Part shown: positions 13,911-27,970 of the stretch, piece after piece
Numbering within the stretch: the first letter of the stretch is position 1
Layout of the letters: each line of letters starts with the position of its first letter
Assembly (NCBI GenBank): GCA_000320545.1
Contig: ADNK01002208.1
Coordinates: forward strand, 129,725-193,724
DNA: 64,000 nt
Direction: 5' to 3'
Origin: Bigelowiella natans CCMP2755
Taxonomy: Eukaryota; Protista; Cercozoa
Made by a program: the position numbers and the translations under genes
Notes under the pieces: generated by a model
Told to the model about the DNA's origin: nothing
Seen by the model: only the letters and a program-made list of their open reading frames with translations
Databases searched by the model: none

Positions 13911-14947
13911 AGCAACCCCCAAATGATGTTGCGGGTGGCCACTTGCAGCGTGGTGTGCGTTCATGTGCAACCGGCACCACGTGTGTCATGCATTCACTTC
14001 CGTTCATCATGTGAACATTGCAATGTCCAGTGATCCTACACGTCTTGATGTGTACTCACGTCTGTGGTTTACACGAAATTATACATGGCTCATTGCATCA
14101 TGTGTGCGTGGGTGGGGTATGCATCTAGTAATCAACGTCGATCGACAACCCGAGTCACAATTCGCATGCACGCATGACGAGCAGGATTGGATGCGATAGC
14201 TAGGATTTCACATGCTGGCATGCTTTCAGAAATGAGTTCATTGCAGCGCAATCTTGGAGATCATGCTGCATGGGTGAATATAGCTGGCTAGCTGGAGCTT
14301 GCTAGCTTGCATGCATGGGGGCATGAAAATTCAGAGGCTAGGCCAACATTCGCTTGCACTCTTCGATCGACCATGTGCATCGCATCGCCGTTGAGGAGCG
14401 ACTGCAGCTGCGCATGGCTGCTAGACTGCTCTAGCTAGCTAGTGCTGGCTAGACAATCATTGTGACAGCTAGCTGGCGGTCTAGCGGTGGCACACGTGTT
14501 GCATGTTGCATGCCGGCTAAATGGGGGCAACAACGCAACGGAGCTGCGCTGACACTGCTGCGAACACATGGCCGATCTCCAACGTAGTGGCCCATGCCAG
14601 CGCGCATGGTCATTCAGGTTCATGATGCACGACCTCGATCAGCGAGCGCGAGGTGCGTTTCCAACGTGCAAATGATTGTGCAAGTGTAATGGCTAGCTGG
14701 TGCGGCGTGGGCGGGAAGGACAATCGTTTTCATCCGCAGCAGCACCATGCGTGCTCTTGCAGCAAGCTGTGCATGAGCCTGGCTAGCTGGAATTGAGTGC
14801 AGCACCACAAACCAGTGAAGTGCAACTGCATCACAATGATGCCAGCTAGCCAGAATGGTGGATGAACCAAGTGATCGATCTCGATTGCCAAGAGGTGGCA
14901 CGCCAGCACGGTGCAGCTCATCATTGCTACTAGCTAGATCATGCATT

Positions 14948-14986
<39 letters not shown>

Positions 14987-15392
14987 CAATGAACAAACGA
15001 AGTGGTGGAGTCATCAGGATCGATCACGGAACACGTTGTTGGCTGTGAATGAATGGATCAATGAATGAAGCATTCCAGTGCTTGATTCGAAAGGACCATC
15101 ACACGTGCATTGGCGCTGTAGCCGCTGCATTGCACAGCTACACGAGGATGACCATTGAACAAATTCAATTCAATTCTTCACATCAGTCTCGCTACGACCA
15201 CGTTCGTGTGAGAGGATAATAATTTGGGTTTTGAGGGAGATTTATTTATCTGCGACAAGTGTTATGGTATTTTTGGAGCACTAAATGGCCAGCATTTATG
15301 CCATTGTTTACCGCTCCTCCTGCTGCTGCTGTTTAACCCCTCCCCCCAAACCACCTTGGTTGTAGTTCTGGGCTCTGCATTGCCGATTCGCC

Positions 15393-16440
15393 ATGCTCTG
15401 CGGAAGCGTTTCGGCTTTGTGTTTTCACACTGCTCCCCAACCTCTGACCACACAGAGTGGGAGACAAAGAGGCGTGAATGGAGGAACAGAAAGCACGCAT
15501 CTTCTGTGCGGCATGGGTGGGTTAGTCCTAGCATTTGATGTGAGGACAGGCGTTCGTTTAGGCGCAAGAAGGGTTTTCAAGTCCGAGACAGTTCATGGGA
15601 TAAAATTTCTCTACTCGGATAAAAGTAGCATAGGCAAGGCTCACAGGGCAGCCACAGTCATGGTTGTATCAGGGCTCAAAAGCATCTCGTTCTTCCGATT
15701 TGAAGATGTAAGATTTCTTACTTACATGGCGCTTTCTCGCTGACATTAAATTGGGTTTACACGTGGTATATTTTAAAGGTACCATCATGGATCAAAAACG
15801 AGGAGGCCGGTCCCACCGACACAAAGCTAGGGGGGGGAGTTGGATCCTTCCTCAGGATGCAATCCCAGGTGCAAGCAGTCGCTTTGGTGCCTAATAATTC
15901 GTTCAACAAAGCAAGTGCAGGAAATTCATGGCAGAAGACACTTATTGTGGGCTTAGCGCACAATGAAGTTGCAATTTTGAGGTAGATAAGCGCTCCCGGT
16001 GTGCCCCACAACACGATGATCATATGGCTGTTTTGTGCAGAGGGGATGGTCTTAATGCTGCACTGGAGAGCCCCACCGTTGAATCGAAGATACAGTGTCA
16101 GGATCGGAGCCTGACTTATAGCATGTCCATCCAACCAATTCAACCTGATCAGCATCATAATCCGAGGTAACTACAAATTTTGTTGTAATCGATTCCATCG
16201 AAACACAATATAATCCTGAGGGTTTGCTACTACGTCATGAAAATGACTTTGATGCTTTACATTGTTTATTAGAGTTGTCGTGGCGTCTGGTACCGTATTT
16301 CGTGAGATTTTACTGTGGACCCCCCTTGAGTCCTCTAAAGGCCAGGTTTTTCCAACGTATATCTATCCAAACGAGGAGTCTCCTCACAACCACAGCTACA
16401 ATGCTTCACCGCTAATGATGCTACTATCTACTACTATTAT

Positions 16441-16475
<35 letters not shown>

Positions 16476-17781
16476 TTACTACTGCTGCTGCTGCTGCTGC
16501 TACTTCGCTAGGTCTTATTACGGATACGTGGGCATCAAGGAAGTATCTTCGATCTTGCCTGGCTCCCGTTTCCAACCACGATACAGCAACAAAAACAACA
16601 ATTTGAAGACAAGAAGGAGAGAAAAGCGTTGGGAACTTTCTCGCCAGTTCCTGTGCGTATTATTCAGTTTCAGATGATAGAACCGTTCGATGCTGGTTAG
16701 TCAAGATAGGCCTCAACGAGACAGACGACCAGCAAACCGAGAAAGATTCGGATGGGGGAAGAAGGATGAAGACCACGCCGAAACCGAGTGATTGGTCGTA
16801 TGTTGAAGAATCTAAGTCATATGGCCATGGAGCACGGATTTGGAAGTAAGTTGCCTCTGTTACTACCATGTTTATGCTGCTCACATAATCCAGGTAAAAT
16901 GATTCTAAGCTGTTGATAATGTCTACGTCTACTCCCTTCCTCCTCCTCCTCCTCCTCCTCCTCCTCCTCCTTCTCCTCAGATGTGTTGCCACAGTGACAG
17001 CACAAAGCAGCTCAAGTAGTAGTAGTAGCATAAGGGAGGGGACGGTAGAACAGGATACTGCTGCTGCTGCTGCTGCTGTCTTAACAGCCGGAGAAGATGC
17101 TAAAATGAAAGTATGGAGCATTGCTCCATCATCACCTCGTCCTTCTTCGTCTTCTTCTTCTTCTTCTCCCAACAATATCGATGACGACGATGATGATGAC
17201 AGTGGTGGTGGTTGTGCAGCCGCCCCAGTAGAAACATTTTGTATGCAAGCAGAGAGCGTGTGGTCTCTTGCGGTATCCCCAATGCCCTCAGGAACAAACC
17301 ATGCTGGGAGGAGTGGTTGTAGTAGCAGTAACAGCAGCGCTTCCAATGGGTATTGATGTGAATGTGTATACTACGAACACGCCTTCATTAATATACCCCC
17401 CCCACGATGAGCACCAATATAAAAGAAATAATACGATTTCGATGTTGAAAAAAATGTGATGAATGAATGCTCCTGAATTAATTTTTGATTGTTCATTTCT
17501 TTATTCTTTCCTATGGGGCATTCTCCCATTTATCACATTTTGCTCTCTGCCCCCTCCTCCTCCTCCTCCTCCTCCTCCTTCTCCTCCCCCCCCTTCTCCT
17601 CTGTTCTATCTGTCGTATCTGTCGCCTAACTATCGGGCTATTATCTATTATTAGAATCTTCGTCGCAACAGGATCTGGAGATGGAGCGATACGCCTTTGG
17701 GTTATGAAATGGGCAACTACTAGGAGGAGGGTGAAGCAACAGCAGCACCACCACCAGCGTGGACATCACCATCCTGCTGCT

Positions 17782-17814
<33 letters not shown>

Positions 17815-18205
17815 TATGGAAATGCCAGAAACAATGCAAACTGCTACTTTGAGAAGGAAGATTATTCACCGACTACAAGGCTAGTTCGTTGGCATGGAGA
17901 GCAGTCTACGATTGCTGTCTTACCGCCCCCTCCCCCCCCTCTTCTTTCTGATAATCAAACTGAGAAAGTCAATGAAATAAAAAACGGCAAGAAAGCGAAG
18001 GTGGAGAACACCTGCAGCCAAGGTAAAGGAAGTTTGACGCATAAAACAAGCATAAATGTAATAGATATCACACATAAACATTACCAAATATTTACATAAT
18101 GGTGTATTGGTCACACGGAAAGCAGATGGCGCGTCGTTGATGGTTCTGGACGAAGAACTTGATGAGGTACACGAATAAATCAAAAACATGAACAACAACA
18201 ACAGC

Positions 18206-18237
<32 letters not shown>

Positions 18238-18783
18238 CCAAAACATCAATAAAAATGGTGACAACGACAACGACTGTGAAAAACGCCCACAAATGGCAAC
18301 AGAAAGCGTACATCAGCCGAATATTATACAGTCATCATCATCATCATCATCATCATCATCACCATCCACTACAATCATCTAAACAAATACCTACTACCAA
18401 ATATCCACAACAAAGGAAACAAAGAAGAAGAAACCAACGAATAAGAAAAAGAAGAAGAAGAAGAAGAGGCGTGGAGACATTACGCGAAACCCCACAGCTT
18501 TGGAGCTACTCCCTGAAGAGAAAATAAGGGCAATACGGCTGCTCAGCCTGACAACAGGAATTGTTATTACAAGTACTGGTCGCGTACTTTCCATGCTTCT
18601 CGGTTCTTCTTCATCTTCAAATATTTCTTCTGCTTCTCCTTCCATATCACGATCATCATCGTCCTCATCTTCGTCTGAAGGTAGCACTTGTTAAATTATA
18701 GAGCAGCAGAGGGTGTGGGCAGGAGGAGAACGGAAGCAGTAGTAATATGTACATCCTTTACTTTTGTTGTTGTTGTTGTTCTT

Positions 18784-18815
<32 letters not shown>

Positions 18816-19570
18816 AGCGACACAGAAAGAGGCAATAAGTTGGCATGATTATACCAGCTCAGTACAAGCATCAACCCCTGCAGTAGTAGTCAACACGCAT
18901 AATCCTATCTCCTCCTCCTCCTCATCATCATCATCGTCATCTGGCTCATGGACTGCTATTGCGGCCTCTTCCTCTCTACTTGTACTGGCGACAAGTAACG
19001 GTTTCATTTTCACCTGCCCGCTTTACTATCATGATCATAATGTGCAGAAGCTGCTGCAACAACATGGTGAGGAAGAAAGCCACAATGGTGTTGATGATGA
19101 TGATGATGATGATCGTAGAAGAACGACGACATCAACACAACAAGAGAAGCAGCAGCAGCAGCAGCAGCAACAACAACAAATACCTTCAGAAGCAGCAAGG
19201 AGCACAATTGGTTGTGCAGTTGGGAGGAAATGGAGAGCGCATGTAACTGGTGTGCCTGCGCTTTGGATGTATCAGCTGAGACGACGAGATCAAGGAGGAG
19301 GAGGAGGAGGAGGAGGAGGAGGAGGAGATACTAACAAAGAAGGAAACGACCTCAGAGCTACTGCCCCCCCCTCCTCCTCTAGCTCGACATTACCATCATC
19401 GTCAACTACAACACCACCTCCAAGGTTTTTCTTCACGTCTTGCAATGAGTATGATGACGCCAGCACCGCAAGGGGAGAAGGAGAAAGGAAGAGGAGGCAG
19501 AGGAGAATAGTAAGGTAGTTATCATCAGGTTTAGGAGAGTTGGTAGGCAGCGTTAGGTGGGAGAATAAGT

Positions 19571-19608
<38 letters not shown>

Positions 19609-19700
19609 GATAGAGGGGGGGGGGGGATTAATCGGACGAATTGTTTAGGTCATGATCAATATTTATTATAGTTGTTCTTCGGGAAGTCTATCTTCCTCCT

Positions 19701-19742
<42 letters not shown>

Positions 19743-19952
19743 TTCTTCCCCGCCCCCATCATGTACACATCTGCCGAAACGTAATAATCAGGCACGACAT
19801 CTTCAGTAGTGATCCACGTGGAAGAGTCAATAGCTGGGTTGTTCTGCATACCTCTTGATTTGTCGCCTTTGATGTTATTTCCTTGCATATTTCCGGACTT
19901 TCATGGGGAACACCGTCCTTCCTTTTCTGAGAGGAAGAACTGTAGATTACCC

Positions 19953-19985
<33 letters not shown>

Positions 19986-21206
19986 AATTACCCGCAAAGA
20001 GTATACCCAAATATATTGGAAATACTCATTCATATTTTTTCGTTGAAGAGTCACTTTCTATCTCCCTCTCTCTTCCTATTCTTCTTCTTCTTCTTCTTCT
20101 TTGTCTAGTTGCTGTTGGGAGCTCATTACAGCGTATATCTATTGCATGAGCGGAGAGACGATCTCTAGCTGTGTTATAAATTTCCTAATAAAGAGATGGT
20201 GTGTACACTGTTTTGTTGATGATGATGCAGCACATTTATAATTGGTACTAGAAATTGATTGTTCGTCTCTCTTTTGCGTGTGGCGTGTATTATTGCGATG
20301 ATTGTGAATTCGGCAGCATTTGGATTCGAAGTCTCTCTCTGTAAAGAAAGGCGCCATTTTTGATTTGGCAGCTGGTCATCGTAAAGCTCGAGCATCATCC
20401 TTAGCAATTCTAGCTTGTGATGATGTTGCTGGTCCTTCCGACGGCTCCACCTCCTCCTCATATTTTATGGTCGTTATTGGAGATACAAAGGGTGGCATTT
20501 CTGTGTTCTATACCCCGTATTATCATCATGATGATGATGATGATGATGATGGTGATGGTGATGACGATGATTTCGAACAAGAGCAGAGGGAAGAGGAGGT
20601 GCATCCAAAGAATCCAACGACGACGACGACGACGGCAGCAGCAGCGACGAGAAAGCAGCAGTTGGGAGAGAAGAAGAAGGGCAGGATGATGGAGGTGTGC
20701 AATAATCACAAATCATTATACTTAGCAACTCTATGAAACAGTGATGAAAAAGATCATGATGTTTCACTTTTCACCGAACTTAACCCAACCCTCTCCTATA
20801 AGGACGATGAGGAGAAGGAAGAGCATCTAGCACCTATCTTGCGTATTCCAAAGGCTCACCAGACACAACCCGTCACTTGCATACGTTCGGTGGCTACCAA
20901 TGTCAGAATAAGCAGCGGAAGAAGAAGAAGAAGAAGAAGAAGAAGAAGAAGAAGAAGAAGAAGAAGAAGAATAGCAGATGATGATGATGATGGAAGATTC
21001 TTCTCAACCGGGAAGAATTCATTCATCCTAGAATGGAGGCTGGTGGCAAAAGGGAGGGGAATAAAAGGAGGAGGAGGTGGAGAAAACCAGAAACAACCCC
21101 GAGTTGAAGTGCAAAAACTGCGTATATACAAGACACCGATGATCATCGAATATGTAATCATCATCTTCATTATCACATCACCATCGCCATCATCTTCATT
21201 ATCAGT

Positions 21207-21238
<32 letters not shown>

Positions 21239-21250
21239 TGTGTGTGTGTG

Positions 21251-21292
<42 letters not shown>

Positions 21293-22207
21293 CCGATGAG
21301 AGACTGCTGTTCCTAAGATTATTTCTCCTTTTACTTGAGCAGTTTTATGCCGGTCGTGCTACTTACGAAGAACAACTTGCTATTTGAACATAATGAGTGT
21401 TGTATACTCTGTCCTGACATGATTACTTTCTATTCCATCCTCCTCCTCCTCCTTCTACTACTACTACTACCACATATCAACCTACCTTCAGTGCCTGTGG
21501 CCAGCTATCAAGACATCATCGTTTCAGTCGCCGTCATCATCGTCATCTTCTTGCTGTAGGCGTTTGATCGCTGTTGGTTTCCATCACATGCAGCTAGTAG
21601 TCTGGGACATAGCAGGCGGTTGCGCCCTGGCACGCTACTCCTGCGGAGGTGGTAGGAGAGCATGGAGTGTGGCTTTTTCTTCGAGGAAGTTTTCAGGTCT
21701 TCCAACTCATGGGGTCACGGTTGTGTACACGCCTCTTCGACGAAAGCGCATGTTGCTGCGGGGGGAGGGCGAGAAGAAGAAGAGAAAAAGTTCTAGCATC
21801 GATGAGGAATTTGTTGATGCTACTGCCACCACCTCCACCACCACCACCAGCAGCAGCAATAACAACAACAACAACAACAACAACAATAGTGCAATGGTGC
21901 ATGTGTCGTCCACGGCACTCACCCCAGATACGCTGCCGCTGGCTGGATGGGCATGTGAGGAAACCGTTCTATCGGTCCCTTCGCACAACAAGCTCATTTG
22001 TGGGATGAAAGCTGTTCGAGTACAACGACACAGAAGAAGAGGATTGGACGATAATAACAACGATGAGCAGGCACTATCAGAGGAAGAGGAGGAGGAGGAG
22101 GAGGAATATAGGATAGTCACGGTCTCTGATGACCGCACTGTTCGGATTGGGCGGTTACTCATGAGAAGAAGAGGAGGAAGCAAACGGAGGAGGAAGAAGA
22201 GTGGTAA

Positions 22208-22239
<32 letters not shown>

Positions 22240-22368
22240 GCAGTAACGGTCTCATGTTTGAAGTGTTCCAGTATTTGGGTTGTGAGTTGAGGAAGATCAG
22301 AAAAGCACACAATAATAACACTACGTGTTACCAACTATGCAGTGTGGGCTGCTACTTCGATCATTAGT

Positions 22369-22404
<36 letters not shown>

Positions 22405-24482
22405 ATTCTTACACCATCATTCCTAGCCATTCCTAGCCATATGTTCTACTTCCCTCTTCCCCCCTATTCGCCTTATTTATTGTATGCTTTCATTTTACAG
22501 AAAGTGGTACTGCTGATGGGGAGAATATCTGTAGCAGCAGTAGCAGCAGCAGCAGCAGCATCAGTAGCACACTGAGTTGGGGTGTTCCAGTTTACGGAGC
22601 CACTGACGTCTTGAAGGCTGTCTGCATATGCCCTCTCCTCCCTCGAGAGCAAAGCACCCAACAAGGCCAATCAAAACAGTCGCAGCAGCTGCTGCAGCAG
22701 CAGCAGGTGGAATCTTCACACGTCGTATTTTGTGCGGGTGGAAGAGAACATCTTCTTGCTTATGGCCTCACCAAGTCGCTGGAGGGACCGGGGGGCGGGA
22801 TCATTAACAGAGGGGATATCGGCGGTAAGGGATGATGATAATGATGGTGATGTTGAATTATGGATTATGTAGGGAGGTTAGCTGACGAAAGGGATGATAA
22901 TAACAACGATTGGTGTGCAGTGGAAAGAAATACCACCAGAATCATCAACAGACAACATCATAACGACTATTCATGCATCAGGAGAATACTGAAAAAGCCA
23001 ACATTTTCAAAGTTATTTTTGCGTGAATGTTGATGTACATCGTCCAACTTCCTCTTACTATATCCCTCCTATCTCACATAAAAAGGGCGCGTGTATACGA
23101 AGACGGGTAAGTGGTGGAAAAACAAGCAAAAATGTCAGGAGGAGCGTGAGGAGATTCTTGACGTACGCATCATGTCTATATCGGCTCAAGGCCCATTCCT
23201 CCTCTATGATGATGATGATGATAAAAGTGTTCTGGATGATGATAATAATGAGAACAAGGATGGTGACGATAATTATATGAAATGCTACCATGTGGTTGCT
23301 ACTGGGAGTTCATCGGGCAAAGTCTCAGTTTTCCTCTACTCTGTACAAAATGCAGCGTTTGAAGGAATAGCTGAAAACCAAAAGGAGCACAAATCTCCTA
23401 TTCTTTCTTTGGCATCGTTTTGTAGCCCTAGTAGCAATGGAAGAGGAGAAGCACGGCGATTGTTATTCTCATCGTCGTCGAAATCATCATCATCGTCATC
23501 ATGCTACTTTGCGAGTGGTGATACGCAAGGGAGACTCGTCGTGTGGAAGTTGTCTAGGCAGCATCAGCAGCAACAGCAGCAGTCTGCATTTTCTTCTTGT
23601 GACACTGCTACTACTACTACTCCTCCACCCTCATCTCCTTTTTCGTACAAGCTAGAACCGATCTTGAGGCAAGATTCCCTGCACCAATCAGGCGTGAATT
23701 CGATTGCTGCTATTTCGTTCTTGCAGCCATCTGCGTGTGCTGCTACGATGACGGCGAGTGGTGATGGAATGGAAGATAGTGATATTGATGATGATCATAG
23801 CAACGATGCTTATAATAAGTGCAGGAGTTACAGCTGGGATACTATTGTCACCACGGGGGGCGATGATCAGGCGCTTAGCGTCTTACATCTTCGGTTTGCA
23901 GAAGACCAGCAAAGAGTAGTTTCAACGACCACACAAGCGACAACGATATATGATAATCATCCTACGCAAAAAGTGGAGAAAATATCAGTACTGACGATAT
24001 CGAGTGCACACACATCTGCTCTCAAAGCAGTAGATATCATCCGAACTACTACTACTACTACTGCTGATTCCAATCAATATAAAGCGGAAGATACAACGAC
24101 GAGCATCTTCGAAATCTTTAGCACTGGCTACGACCAACGGCTCAAACGTTGGAAAGTCTCTCTGGTATCGAGGCTAAAGAATAAAAAGAAGAAGGAGACA
24201 CTGAGCAAAATGGCGGACTATCGGCCGCAGCTTGAAATAAAATGCACCTACAAATCTTTCACCGACGTTCCAGATACGTCGTGCCTTTCCATAGTGCGAT
24301 TCAATTGTGGAGGGGGAGGAGGGAAGCAGGAGGATGAGGGGAAAAGATTGCGACACTTGTTGCCGCAAACGGCAGATAAAGATGCCGGAAATGGGAAGAG
24401 CTCCGCAATGACTGTCATCGTAGCTGCTGGGCATGGCCTTCAAGCACACATAGTTAATGAGGATGTCTCAATGAAAGAATAG
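15393..24482 (+). CDS. WDR6: WD40-repeat protein WDR6/Trm734 (tRNA 2'-O-methyltransferase regulator), multi-exon, with many low-complexity insertions
   Basis: Family motifs in order: VFKSETVHGI, VASGTVFREILLW, GHQGSIFDLAW, SVSDDRTVRCW, YGHGARIW, TAGEDAKMKVW, CGGGRRAW, DVRIMSISA, HQSGVNSI, TGGDDQAL, AHTSALKAV, STGYDQRLKRW, DVPD, AAGHGLQ; start approximate. Confidence 0.85.
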
Positions 24483-25241
24483 CATGCGGCCCCAGACCAA
24501 TTTTTTGTTCATTTTTGTGTGCGCATCTGCCAAGTGCGTCATATTATTGCAAATAAACACGTCTGGAAACATTAACAACACTTCATCATTGGACACTGTG
24601 ATCTAGGTGATGTGACTTAAATGGTGATTGATCAACGCGAGGTAAAATATGCATGATGTATCTAGACACAAATGGCTAGATGGTAATGTGTGGGGCTACT
24701 ACGCAGCGTGCATGCAAGCAAACTTCATTGTTATCGATCAGCCAATTTATTCTAGCTAAAGCTTGCATGCTAGATTTGGCGAAGACAAATTATATGTTCA
24801 CAGAGCTCATATGTAGTGCGTATATATTTGGTTAGATTCGATCACCAGCTAGAAAGATAGCCTACGTACGCACGGTGTACACGTGTAAATCTACCCATGT
24901 GCATACGCTACTGCTGGCGGTGGTACGTATGGCCGGCACGCTGCTGGACTTTCACATGTGGTGGTAGACTGCGGTGCACGCTAGACGCGATGGTCGTACT
25001 TTTATTTCCAGATAGCACCGTAGAATATATAAGATATGCATTCTGCTCGATCCGTCTGTGCTATTATAACGTAACTCAATCGTGACGATATGTCCATGGA
25101 TGTGGCAAAAGTAGTCTTAAGCTGGCTATAGGTGATGATCCTCCTATTCAAAGTATGCGTACTACAACACTGAATAGTGCGATGCAGATTATGCAGTCAG
25201 TAGTCTCCTGTAGTTATTTGTGATGAGCACAACTACTCCCA

Positions 25242-25312
25242 ACTAGCTCCTCCGATTCTCCGCTTTGCAAAAATATGCTGTTGTTTTACGCGAAGATTCT
25301 TCATCCGCTAGT
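25242..25312 (-). promoter_or_regulatory. SECIS element in the GPx 3' UTR
   Basis: Minus strand ACUAGC-gg-AUGAA-GAAUCUUCGC-gu-AAA...GCAuauuuuUGC..-GCGGAGAAUC-GGAG-ga-GCUAGU: helix I ACUAGC/GCUAGU, UGA/GA core, 10 bp helix II (1 mismatch), apical AAA and mini-stem; ~230 nt downstream of the GPx stop. Confidence 0.85.
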
Positions 25313-25541
25313 CCCTCTGGGATTGGCTTATTACTGTGCCCAGTACCAATGTACGTACTTATTATTACAAACTACTACTCTGCATTAACAGATAGTAGTG
25401 AACGATACTCTTCATTTGCCGATAAGAGCAGCAGCAGCACCAGCACCAGCAGCCAAGGGACTACTGCTACTACTACTACTACTACTACTACTACTGTTGC
25501 TTATTCATGTAGCATCGACAGAATCAGCTGTCGGTCTTGGT

Positions 25542-27552
25542 TTATAACAGTGCTTCGATGTCCTACGATGGTATACCAATAATATGAAGACACAGAGAGA
25601 GAGGGAGAGAGAAAGAGGGAGTGGGGTTAGGGGGGGGGGAGACATCAACCAACGGAAGAGAATGAGAATGAGAATAAGAAAGAGGAAATTACATGATGTG
25701 CAAGTATGTCATTGAATTCTCTTATGTTCAACCTTCTTGATATCGATCGTTGGATATCGTCTGCTGTACCGTTTGACAGGCAAGCCATCTTTGTTGATGA
25801 GGAATTTTTCAAAGTTCCACGAGATGTCTGAATAATGATCATAATAAATAAATAGAATCATGATTGCTTTGAAACTTGCTCGATTTCATTCGATCTCTCT
25901 CTCCCTCCATCTCTTTCTATTACTATTAAAATGTGTATAAATGATCTCCAGTCATCATTTTACCGTTACGCTTGACTGGTGACCAAATGATAAATTGTGG
26001 ATTTCCAATTAGCTGCTCCCCATCATCACCTCTTTATCATCATCAATGCACATCCAATCAATCAGTCTCGTATCAAGTGCAATTCAAAATCCACAATCAT
26101 TTCTGAATAGAAGAAAAGAGTATTATTTCCTTCATTGTTGGTATTGGCCGCTGAGAAGAAAAGTTTCTCTGTTTTCATGGTATTGCCGTGAAAAATATTG
26201 TTTCTTCTTCTTCTTCATCATCATCTTCTTCTTCTTTTAATATCGGTATTTTGGTTTATGTTGGTAGTAGTACTCTGGTACAGGAAGGACTGATTTCAAG
26301 TACGTGAAGAGTGGTAGCTCCTAATAATATGATCGATCATTTGGTTCTTCAACAATGGTGATGCTTTGCTATTTCTTCCTCTCAGAGACAAATCGAACTG
26401 TAGACTGAGTTTTCAGTAATACTTTAATTTCGAATGCACAAATTGTAGTTTTTAGTGATGTTATAATTGTTGGTGTTTTGTTCCAACGTATTATTGGCTT
26501 ATTATTATTATCACATTTGCTCCATTCACGTCAGCGCGAGAGAAGATGGGAAACTTTGGCTCATACCCATTCCCAGGGCGAATCTTACAAGTATAAGCAA
26601 CCACAACACCCACCAACACGACGACGATGACAAGACGGCGACAAGACGAAGCAGCCACCAATTACTTTGTTTGTTGTGCAAATTCGCCATCATCGTTCGT
26701 GTTGTGTTAGCTGCTGCTTCTTGAAATGATGATATTACATGCTTGAGCTGTGAGAGAATCTCCTTGCCTTTATTATTGGTTTGATGGCCAAATTGGTTAG
26801 AGGGAAAACCAAGGCACATAAAACCTTTTGAGGCAAACTCTTCCGTGAGCGAGTTCATTCCTTCGAAATCGCTCACGGTCGTACCTCATAAAGTTGCAAC
26901 GTTCTCGATCAAGAGAACTTTCCCCTTATATTGAGACAAAGCTGTAGTATTATGCATAAATCGTTAGCGATGAAATGAAAGAGTGAATACTCGTGACCAT
27001 TTATTGTTACAAATGTGTTCTTAAAATATCTGTGAGGTAAACCCCTCCTCATTTTTAAAAAATATTACGGTGAATTGTTCCATCGAGAAGTTCAGCAGAA
27101 AACTCATACACAGACGATGCACTGGTTGGATCAGTTCCAGCGTTGACAAACACGAGAGAACGGCGAGCATTTCCATTGATGGACGACATCGTTGGACGAA
27201 GAAGCGGCTGCTTGTACGGCATCTTGCTCCGACCATTAGAGGCAACTCCTCTCACTATGGGCATACGTGCCACCTACATGTGAGGATGATACAACTGTAA
27301 GGGAAAATCGATCAAATAAAGACTTAGAGAAATTTTACTGAGCGGGCCATCATCGATGGAGCTTTTAAGGTTGCGAGCCGTGAGCGTGACGACGACCTCG
27401 ATGATTATGAGAATAATCAGCGGGTGGAGCATGATAGATGTCATTCATGTGATATGATGAGGGCAATATCACCATAAGACAGTAAGGAAAGCTGCCATTC
27501 CAAGCAGCAGGAGGTGCGGCGATCGGAAACCGCGAGAGGTGGTTCCTCCCAT
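25542..27552 (-). CDS. GPX: Selenocysteine glutathione peroxidase (GPx1-like) with N-terminal signal + transit peptide
   Basis: Spliced: ...[31 protein letters not shown](26886-26888)-[88 protein letters not shown]; ATG 27552. Confidence 0.93.
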
Positions 27553-27970
27553 TGACAACAGTCGTAGAATCTGCTGAATAATGAGGCGGAGGAGGGTGTT
27601 AAACGGAGGGAGAAGAACAGAAAGAATAGAAATATTCCGACGGCAATTAATTGTGATGCATGCAGTTCACCGCTTACGACAAGCCAGTTTGCCCAGTTTT
27701 TTTTATAATGAATTTTGGATCAACATGTGACCGATGCGAGTTGTTGCCAGTATTGTAATAATAAGTCGCGAGTGGTATCTCCCAGGAGAAATTATTATCT
27801 AAACTCCGCACCTTGATGTCGGAAAGGGAGAAAGGCTATCGGAAAGGGAGAAAGAAAGGCTACATTTTAGACAAAAATACTAGGGTTATTCCTCGATGAC
27901 ATATGACCAGGTACATATGTGATAACTGCTGCTGTTATAGACAGTGGTCAAGTTTTTACGGGACATTAGA

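Noticed and set aside
10870-15210. Explaining the islands by CpG methylation decay or RIP
   Set aside because: CpG remains common in the islands and TpA is lost rather than gained, the opposite of RIP
16660-22321. Minus-strand poly-Leu/Ile/Val ORFs that look like membrane proteins
   Set aside because: Antisense translations of trinucleotide repeats within WDR6
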